Positions 12,801-21,329 of a stretch of 64,000 nt of DNA are shown here, in pieces (the stretch's first letter is position 1; every line of letters starts with the position of its first letter). The translations under genes were made by a program, and so were the position numbers. The notes under the pieces were generated by a model. The model did no database searches and was not told where the DNA came from. It worked only from the letters and a program-made list of their open reading frames with translations. The DNA comes from Bispira polyomma. Lineage: Eukaryota. Where the stretch lies: positions 10,912,001 through 10,976,000 of the forward strand of contig OZ287756.1 in assembly GCA_965649765.1 (NCBI GenBank), written 5' to 3'.

Positions 12801-14201
12801 GGTCCACCATGAGCGCTGGAGGCTGCGACTGCTCCCGGGGATCTTTTATTGGGATGTGTCTGGCTGCTCAGGTAAGATGTAACTCTATATTAGAAATTTT
12901 AGCTGGAAGAAAAGTTACAATTTTGAAGAAATACAAATGGAAATAATTCCTACTATTGTCCAATTTTTAAACGGACTAGCGAAAATAGTAAATGTAAAAT
13001 GTAAATCTTATACTGCTATAGCACCACAATCTATGACCAGGCATCCTCTGTGGCACACATCCTAATCAGTATAAGGAATAGTCCGAAGGAGAAAGGGTTC
13101 GCAGTTAGAGTTAAGCTGTGACCAACAGACAAAGTTGAAGCAGAAAAGCGAGTTGGTACATTTAATAGTAATTTAAATTGCTGAAATTGGTGGTGAAAGA
13201 GTTATTTTAAATTTTGGAAACTAGTGTACCATGAGGAATGGAGTATGGCTTTACTATTACATCAGTTTTCTATTTGTGACAAGTGGCATTGATTGGGTAT
13301 GGATCTTTTCGAGTCAGGATAAGCCAAATTGAGCTGTTTATTGAAATTACTTGATTAAGTAAAACCTCTAAACATGTTGACAAAGCAAGATATTTTTGGG
13401 ATAATCAAATGTTCTTAATTATATTGGTACAAAACGCTGGCATAACATAGTATTGAGGAGAATGACAATAAAGGCTTAAGATGATGGAATCTGTAGATTT
13501 CTCTCTATGTGTGTTTCAATATGGTGCCGCATACTGGTTGTTGAATTGGGTAAGTAAATTTCAAACTGGTGGCTAGTGTGGTTAGAATAGTTAGCTTCAC
13601 AATCACTGGCCTAATGTGTGTTCAAATTCTGTCTGCTTCCTTCACGTAGGAAAGTTTGTCAGGTACTTGCTGTAGGCCAGTGGTTTACAGTGCTTCAGCA
13701 CTGGTTTCCTCGACCGTTAAAAACCAATTTCAACCAAATAAAATGCTGATACATACCTAAACTCAACTTCTTTTTTCCACAGTATAATTTCAAATTTAAG
13801 TCTAAGATAAAAAATAAAGTTACAATTTAAGCTGTCTAATTATTTATTTTAATTGGCGACAATGTGCTTTGGGGCACATAGTAAACTTCAGCAAAGAAGG
13901 AGTCTAAAATATACATCTGTAAGGCGGATGAGTCGTAAAGCCCGGACTCAATGCATCGCTATATATATATTTATCACAGTCCACTGATGCATCGATCTCT
14001 CAACTAAACGTCGCAGCTTCAGTGCAGGCACATTGTAAATTTTTCTGTGTGTGTTTTAGTATGGTGCCACATTATTACATTTCTGTGTGTGTTTTTTAGT
14101 ATGGCCCAGATTGCATTCCAAGCAGTTGGAAGGAGAAAACCTTTAGATATCCTTTGGTAAAAGAATTGGCTGAGAAATTGGTTCAGATTGTACCAAAGTA
14201 A
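837..14201 (+). CDS. SELENOJ: Selenoprotein J / J1-crystallin homologue (ADP-ribosylglycohydrolase family), 9 coding exons, 345 aa, Sec at codon 265
   Basis: Exons 837-900, 3380-3556, 5291-5398, 6674-6769, 7262-7418, 9270-9363, 10860-10959, 12732-12871, 14100-14201. All introns are GT-AG with compatible phases (1038 nt total). Translation MADIVQRKIAAVIGAACADAAAQPLHWVYD...GKNSCYGDQ...PLDGPWRH...DEQMDGVTKVAPLIALYAG...VFANN-U-VLPKAFQSALHGVL...AGGCDCSRGSFIGMCLAAQYGPDCIPSSWKEKT matches motifs I recall for the SelJ/J1-crystallin family. Confidence 0.93.
961..1605. mobile_element. Non-autonomous DNA transposon with TA TSD (Tc1/mariner-like) in SelJ intron 1
   Basis: TA|CACGGGTGGTAAGAATTCTGG ... CCAGAATTCGTACCACCCGTG|TA. 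Confidence 0.75.
3584..4478. mobile_element. Degenerate non-autonomous PIF/Harbinger-like element
   Basis: TAA flanks on both sides. Imperfect inverted ends (GGCCCCGTTCAC...ATCCGGATTGACC / GGTCAATCTGGAT...GTGTAAATGCAGGG). Confidence 0.45.
5927..6392. mobile_element. PIF/Harbinger-like MITE
   Basis: ~45 bp TIRs GTGTGCGTTTCCATGCAGGCAACTTTCTGAGGCGACCAG / CTGGTCGCCTCAGAAAGTTGCCTGCATGGAAACGTTCAC, with TAA TSD. Confidence 0.8.
8836..9150 (+). mobile_element. tRNA-derived SINE
   Basis: A box TGGCCTAGTGG and B box GGTTCGAATCC. Related copies near 13567-13740 (+) and 17400-17580 (-). Other tRNA-SINE-like heads near 7480, 30970, 44220 and 46430. Confidence 0.7.
9892..10236. mobile_element. hAT-type MITE
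   Basis: Termini TAGTGTTG...CAGCACTA with a perfect 8-bp TSD CTCTCCGA (9884-9891 and 10237-10244). Subterminal inverted ACCGGTAAA/TTTACCGGT. Confidence 0.8.
10956..10958 (+). other. In-frame TGA (selenocysteine codon), 1 nt before the exon 7 donor
   Basis: GTG TTC GCT AAT AAC TGA G|gtattg. Family-like coding sequence continues in exons 8-9, and a SECIS lies downstream. Confidence 0.88.
11011..11887 (+). mobile_element. 5'-truncated L2-clade LINE (3' part of ORF2 plus 3' UTR, (ATA)n tail) in SelJ intron 7
   Basis: LKLNPDKTEFILIG...SRLDYCNSLL...LHWLPI..RI.FKI motifs. Nearly identical to the copy at 44771-45618. Confidence 0.9.
12289..12774 (+). repeat. 7-copy 68-74 bp tandem repeat of the SelJ exon 8 splice acceptor plus exon start
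   Basis: Unit TCTATATAACCACAG|TGTTACCCAAGGCCTTCCAGTYTGCCTTACATGGTGTTTTGAC. The G of each AG is at 12303, 12377, 12449, 12519, 12589, 12663 and 12731. Confidence 0.97.
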
Positions 14202-15625
14202 AGAAATCTGCTGTAAAACTAAACTGAGGGAAATTGTGTGTGGCACACAACCCTAGTTATAAACTTGCACATATATAAGGGTTATCCATCACTCGATAAA
14301 TAAGGGTTATCCATCACTCGAGTTAAGTTAAATTAAAAGATGTAGAAGTAGTATAGTACAAACAGTATGTTGCATAAAAAATAGAATTTAACATTTAGAA
14401 ATTACAAAAGAGGCAATAAACCATATATAGGAATTAAAATTGTAAATGGAAAAGTTGTATTGCCATTTTTTGGTTGGTTTATGGATTAAATCATATTGTA
14501 AAATGACCGGCCGCAACAAGTGACCATGTATGACTGAATCTTGAAGATTGTCATCTTATATGATGGTGGTACCACTTTCCAGTCTATTAAAAAGGTTGTG
14601 TATCATCTTTTATGTCATAGCAGTTGAAAATATGCGAAAGCACTTACCAGTCACCGTCAACATTAATTGTGTATTTATATTAACTATTATTTCTATTTCA
14701 AAATGTTAAAAGCTTGTAGTGGCATTTGAAATTGTAGTCATCTTAATTGTGATATTAGAGAAATTCAGACCAGATTTTGGTATTGTAATATCCATGAATA
14801 TCCGAGCATTAAACACTTGGGCTACTAGGGTTTTCCCTTTACCTCAACTGTTAGCGTACTGCATAATTTGTCTCAAGATCCAGGACAACCCAAGATTAAA
14901 TCCCTGCAGTAGCAAGCCTAATTATAAGTTTGCAGCAGAGCTATTTCTGTTGTTTACAGTACAAAGACAATACAATTTTTCACCATGTGTAACATCTTAT
15001 TAGTTACGCATTATGTAAATTGTAGTAAAACTATTTTTTACAAAGAAGAAATACGAGTGATCACAGTATGACTGTATCTGAAGTGTATTATAGCAATCAA
15101 CTTATTGTGCATTATGTTTTCATATGTACAAGAGTTACTGTGATTAAAAAGCAGATGTGTTACTAGATTGTAGGCAGACCGTAGTTTATTTTTGTTGTGT
15201 AAGTTTATTATAATTCAAGCAGTTGTCACAAATGTCAGTTTATATTCAAAAAGCATGTAGAGTTGGTATTCTCCTTACAAATAAAGAAGGAGTTTTGTAA
15301 ATATACAGTCATTCCCCTAAAATGAAATCACCCGGAAATAAGAATATGACCTCTCCCCCTAGAAAAAAGGTTTTCTATGCTTTCATCAAAAAAAAGATTG
15401 TGAGCAAAATTGTTCCTTTAATTGACATCAGAGGGTTCTACATAAGGGGGTTTTACTTTGTGTGTAAAAAAAACTTGCATCTACTTCATCAAGGTAGTTC
15501 AATGCAACTTGTTAACCTGTGTAATTGTTAAGGTGTAAAACTGTTCTTACCAAGCAATGGCTTGGTACAATTTTGTTCATTATTGAATTTAGTTTATATA
15601 TAATAATTGTTTAAATATAAAAATA

Positions 15626-16143
15626 CAGTAGAATCTGTTATATTCCAATGATCTTTTCTGGACGTTTCTGCATAATTGCCAATATTCTGTGACATATTTA
15701 TCTTGTTTCTTTGATATCATTATTTGTCTACAATTAATTTGAATTTGACAATAACTTTGACATTATTCGGGCACAGGCACATGGCAGACCCATTGAATTG
15801 TGGATTAAACAGATTTCTCTACAGTTCTGTACCTCTTTTATCCGAACTTCTATTATTAAAATATTCAATTTTACAAATGCATCCATCCTTACGACCTGGC
15901 TATGTTTTTTCATTTTTCTATTGGCTGATTGATTTTGATGTTGCGCCTTGGAAGATGCCTACCATCAATAAGGCGGGTTAAAAATGTATAATACAAGACA
16001 AAAACATATTTTCACTCTTGCTAAAATTTATCTTTCCTATTGTTATATCCTAAAAATGGCTTTTCTAATTTATCAACCCCTTCTATTATCCAAACAAACT
16101 GCTCTCTCACTCCTAAGAGGTTTAGATAATAGAGGTTCTACTG
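15626..16143. mobile_element. Composite of CAGTAGAA..TTCTACTG MITE-like ends with an L2 3'-tail fragment (~15880-15995) in the presumed SelJ 3' UTR
   Basis: TA|CAGTAGAATCTGTTAT ... ATAATAGAGGTTCTACTG|TA. The internal segment matches the 3' UTR of the L2 copies. Confidence 0.45.
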
Positions 16144-16210
16144 TATATATTTAGATAGTAGTTGCCCGTGTTTACTCTTTACATATTACCCACAAATCAG
16201 TACAACCTCG

Positions 16211-16293
16211 AGAGGGAGTTTTGTAGCCAATGATGGTGGTTATCTAAACTACTACCGAGTAAGGATAACTCGCCTGATGATCACAAGATCTCT
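16211..16293 (+). promoter_or_regulatory. Eukaryotic SECIS element, type II
   Basis: Helix I GAGTTTTGT/ACAAGATCTC. Core ATGAT (16230-16234) opposite TGAT (16275-16278). Helix II GGTGGTTATCT/GGATAACTCGCC (11 bp, 1 bulge). Unpaired AAA at 16246-16248. Apical minihelix TACT-accg-AGTA. Confidence 0.88.
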
Positions 16294-18989
16294 ACAATGA
16301 GGGCTCTTAAGGTTTACTGATTTAGTTAATATGTAGGAAGGAAACTAATGCAGGGAGTTTGTATTCATGAGGGATAAAACATATACACACATTACATATA
16401 CATTTAGTGTAACAAAGTTTGTATTTTTATAATATATAGACCACTTGTTTTGTGATAAAAAAAAGTCTATTTTATTTTTGTTGCAAGTAGATTTTCTTTT
16501 TACAAATTTTTGTTTTGTCTTGCGTAAATATTTTGTAATATATGCTATTTAAATGAGTAAAGATTCTGCAATCTTAGTACAATTTTTATTTTTACAATTT
16601 TATGTTATCTGAATATTTCATTTTTTTTACACAGTTTGACTCTCTTAAAATAAATTTTTCTGTCATTTTACCCTAAAATGTATTTCTTTTATATTAACCT
16701 GTTGTTGTCCAAACGAAATGTTTATCTCCAACCATTTCGGATAAAAGTGGTTACCTAATTAAAAGGCAGTCGTTGAAATAAATTTTTGCATATAGACTTT
16801 TCATGAGTATTATTCCATGTCAATATATTATAAAATTTAAATATGTTTGCTAACATATAGTCGCCGGTTACTTCTATAATTTAGAAATATACTTAATTGC
16901 AAACACAAAGTATTGGTTTCAATTCAACTCATGTTATTCATTACGGACTTTTCTGAATAAAAATCTTTTAACATATATGCAACTTGGTTTTTTTTTTTAC
17001 TAAGATATAATCAGGGTTCTTCTGTGTTCTGAGACCAGGTCTCAGAAACTGATTGTCAAAGGAAGTTTATATTTTGAAACAAATATTTTCTCAGGGCATG
17101 TAGATAATCGACAACATGGTCTAACCTTGTGTTTGACTTTTGAGAAATCACTTTTTCCTAAAAATGTTGTCCGAACTAGATCTCAGGAATGACGCATCAC
17201 CGAAAGTTGATATTTGGTATAAACATTCAGTTGGGAGTATTGATGTGCAACATTCTTGTCTCGCCTCTCTTTGACCTTGGTGTTACCACCCCATTCTCTA
17301 TCAAGACTCAGACTAGATTTCGGAATCTACTGCTCGTAAGAAGTTCATATTTAGGAAAAATGCTGTAACCTTGACTTTTGTTCGGTTTTTATAGCGCTTT
17401 CAGTAGCTTAGATCACAACAGTCAGATTTAATGGAAGAAACCAGTGCTTGAAGCCGTGTAAACCACTGACAGTACCTGACAAACCTTCCCAAATGAAGGA
17501 ACAAACCTGAATTCAAACCCACATTTGCACGAAACAATGAGATTATTAGCAAGTGCTTCACCACTAGGCCACCGCTGCCCCACTTTCACCTTGGAGTAAT
17601 GACCTAGAGTTCAAAAACCTTTCCAGTTTTGATGTCCTTAGCTACTCACTAAAACTTTATATTTGGTACAGAAAGAACGAAGCATATTAATATTTTCCCT
17701 TGATTATTGATTTTGCATCTATTTCATTCAATAAGAGTTGGGTTCCACAATCTCTGGTGTCATTCCATCTTTACTGAAACATTTTGTTAGGACATAGAAC
17801 ATTATGCTTTATCTATCCAGGAGTTTTAAGCTTGTAAGATTGTATACAAATAGTCGCCCCTGTTCGGAATTTGTGATGCAGCCAGTTGACTTATTTTACA
17901 TTGAAAAAATTCACCAAAACATTCAAAACAACCCTAAGAGAAAAGTATTGTGGGGAAGTGAAGAGAATTTTTTGGATAACCGGTTACAGATAACTGGAGT
18001 CCCTAAGATAAACACCAGACTACTTCCGGTATCAAGAACCGCCTCCTGTATAATCTTTTAAACATGGAAGTCTGCTGTACTAACAATTTACTATTGTGAG
18101 GAACTAAAGTAAAATACAATAATATTTTTACGATGTTGACTGCTTGTCAATAAACATAGGTTCTGGAAATAACAAATGCGGTTGACTATTAGCCGACAAC
18201 ATAGAGTTCGAAAGGGTTGACCATTTTCCCTTTTTGGATATCAGCATCTTAGAGGATGGTGCTTTATAAATGTTTCAATTATTATTGGGCCATAGAAAAC
18301 ACAAAAACAAAACAACTATTTGCATTATTTAATGATACATTAAACAATAAACATACAAAAGTAACAATGGTAAGATTTTAAAAAAACTGAATATCTTAGA
18401 ACCTCCAATATCTGAAAACTTGAGAAAGATTTTTTTTTTCTAAGAGAAGATTCAGAAAAAATAAAGAGTTTATATAATATAAAACAAAAAGGAAATGTAC
18501 ACTTGACAAAAGTGGAAAAGTTCACAAAAAGTTCACATGATAGAGGTTCTAGTGCATATATCACGGTTCTGTTGATAACACAAAATGCGGACATTAAATG
18601 CATTAGTGGATTAACACTGTGCCGTTATAGGTCAAATATTTAAAAAAATTATCAAAGCGTGACCATCAAATTAAATAACCCCTTAAGTAGATCTCTATTA
18701 AGTCTACCTTTTTAACTGAAGGAAATCCACAGTGCCACTGAGGCTTTCTATATAATCTACTCTCTTAAGTATGGCTCAAATCAAATAGCAACTTTCCTAA
18801 TCCAAATTGTTGAAATGACTTTAAACAAATATTCTATTGACCATAACTGTTTACCACAAGTCTATATACAACTGTAGTTTACTTTTAGTATCAGGTGTGA
18901 CATTTATATTCAGTCCCTAAAAATGATACATCTCTTGAAATAAGATGACATTTTTTATACCCTAACTAACTCACTAATACCTGTTTATG

Positions 18990-20690
18990 TTATGAAGGCA
19001 TGACTTCTCTGCCATCCAATGGACAGCTTACCGAACTGTTTTTCAACCACATGTCAATACACTGGGCATGGAAGACATGGTCACAAGGTAGGAATTTCCT
19101 CAGTTCACCCACAATATAAGGGTCTAAGCAGACCATACAGATATCACCTGCAGTATCCTCAGTAGCTGTATCAGTTTTTAACCTGTCCAATACGCTGTTG
19201 TCTACGGTCTTTGTTTTAACTCTGTCATCCAGTCGTAGAAGCAGTTCGTAATCCTCGGGGGTTAGATCACGATACTGTGCAGTCTGTAAGACATTTACAA
19301 GGTCTGCTGAGAAGTCACCATCAAAATTATAGGCATCCAGTGTATGGCCAACTACTTTGTGATGATTTTTGTTGGATACTTTGTTCACTGCAGCAGGTGT
19401 TGACGGTGACCATGCTGCTGCTTTGGAATTTCTATTTTCTTTGATTGTCCCCATAGCATATCCCTTTTCTTTGTCAATTCTCTTCATGCTTAGAGCCCTG
19501 GTCCTTCTAAACAAATATCCAAGACCAAGCTTCATAGCCGCAACCACGATATGCTTTAGGTAGAGTTTTTTACCGTGCCCACCATTTTGAACAGTTGCAC
19601 AATACTTGGATTTGATCTGTTTATGTGCTTTCTGTACTTTCCATTTCCTCTTGTTTCTGAGATGGCTGATTCTCTTATCCTCCTGAACTGTAACTAATGC
19701 TTCCAGTTCATGTGCGTTGACCTTACTTTCGTAAAACCACACCCAGTCGAAATATTTACTTTCGAACAAGACCTCTTCATGACTACTATATATATCTCTG
19801 CACTTCTTTGAACTTGCCAATGTTGTCTTTGCAGTAACAGCTACTGCTGCAACCACTTTAGTATCAACATTGGCATTGTCATGACAACACACTAGCACTT
19901 CACCTCCAACTCTATCCGTTACATTCTCACTTTCATCGCTTTTCTCTTTGTTGTCACCTGCTGGTGTAGCACGGCAGGAGGAACTTTGGTCAATTGACTC
20001 TATCACATTACCTTCTTCAGAATGAGTACAGTCTTTCTCAAAGGTTTCTAGTTCTTTCTCCACGTCATCCAAATGGTCACAGTCGGTAACGGGCACCCTT
20101 CTGGGCAGAAGAGAAAACTCAAACCCCAGACTGAGCTCAAACACCTTCCACTTCTTTTTAGCACCCTGTACTCTTGATTTCCTTCTTTTGTAGTTTTTCG
20201 ACACACCTTCACTTATAAACTCATCATCAGAGTTCGCGTTTCCTATGCTACGATCTTCGAATCGATTATGAAGACCCATTGCCAAGTTATGGTGGTCACT
20301 GCATGGCATTTTGATCACTTCGATTATCTCACCTTCTGGTTTGGATGATGTTGCACTATATCTACTGCTGCTATCCTCATATACATTGTAACCTTCTTTG
20401 GAGTTATAATCCACTGAAGAAATCACATCCCTTAATTGTAGATCAGTATTCTTGGCAAGGGTATTATCACTATCATTTCCACTGTGATCAGCAGTGGCTT
20501 CTTTAGATGAGACACACCCACCTTTTTCACTGTGAAAATCCTTCATGATCAACTCAAAGAATTCTCCCAAATTAACTGCTGGTGTGTAAGGCGAATCTGG
20601 TGCCACATTACAACACTGATTTTTGTGTGTTGTTTGGTCGTGTTTTGACACATGAAGATTAGGCAGAGAACTCTGCCTATTGAGTAACAT
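18990..20690 (-). CDS. Single-exon RING-H2 finger protein (putative E3 ubiquitin ligase), 566 aa
   Basis: C-terminal C-x2-C...C-x-H-x2-H-x2-C...CPLD (CMVC..LPCDHVFHAQCIDMWL..CPLDG; last ligand Asp), preceded by YRDLTPEDYELLLRLDD. Uninterrupted 1.7 kb ORF. Confidence 0.85.
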   Translation of the reverse strand: MLLNRQSSLPNLHVSKHDQTTHKNQCCNVAPDSPYTPAVNLGEFFELIMKDFHSEKGGCVSSKEATADHSGNDSDNTLAKNTDLQLRDVISSVDYNSKEGYNVYEDSSSRYSATSSKPEGEIIEVIKMPCSDHHNLAMGLHNRFEDRSIGNANSDDEFISEGVSKNYKRRKSRVQGAKKKWKVFELSLGFEFSLLPRRVPVTDCDHLDDVEKELETFEKDCTHSEEGNVIESIDQSSSCRATPAGDNKEKSDESENVTDRVGGEVLVCCHDNANVDTKVVAAVAVTAKTTLASSKKCRDIYSSHEEVLFESKYFDWVWFYESKVNAHELEALVTVQEDKRISHLRNKRKWKVQKAHKQIKSKYCATVQNGGHGKKLYLKHIVVAAMKLGLGYLFRRTRALSMKRIDKEKGYAMGTIKENRNSKAAAWSPSTPAAVNKVSNKNHHKVVGHTLDAYNFDGDFSADLVNVLQTAQYRDLTPEDYELLLRLDDRVKTKTVDNSVLDRLKTDTATEDTAGDICMVCLDPYIVGELRKFLPCDHVFHAQCIDMWLKNSSVSCPLDGREVMPS

Positions 20691-21329
20691 GGTTCACAAA
20701 AACAGATGTATGGATTTATCAATAGCTAACTAGCTCTATATGTATTGTATAGACACAATACAGAAATAAACTTGATTAATTAAAAATGTGTATATACAGC
20801 ACATCCTTTGCCATTAAAGGCCAGAATGAGGTTTACCCCAGAATGAACATATATGACTGGCGTGAAAATGAATGTATATATTGGGCCTCTACTGTCGATT
20901 ACACAAGTATTTCGCTTGTGTGTGCAATATTTTTATACCGATCTTTATAAATTAGCCATAAACTGATGGTCTTACATTGCAGATGATGGTGAAATAGTGT
21001 ATGTCCTTATTTAGATCATTACGTAATTCACAAAACCTAGCAGACCACACCATACCGATGTTCTATTGGCCAGTGATCACATGGTTACATGACGTCATTA
21101 TTGGATTTCCCTCCTTCTGTTGGTTTGTTTACAGGCTTTGCGAGACCTCGTATAATCAGTATGGCAAGTGTCGTGATAATTAGTGTCTGGATCAGTGCAA
21201 ATCGGCGAAAACATGCCTCTGGTAAAGCAGAATCAATTAATACTTGCTATTCAAGAGGTACTATTAAAGTAAATAATAGGCAAACAAACATGTTTCTTCG
21301 ATTTCTTCTTCAATCCCTTGCCAAACCGG

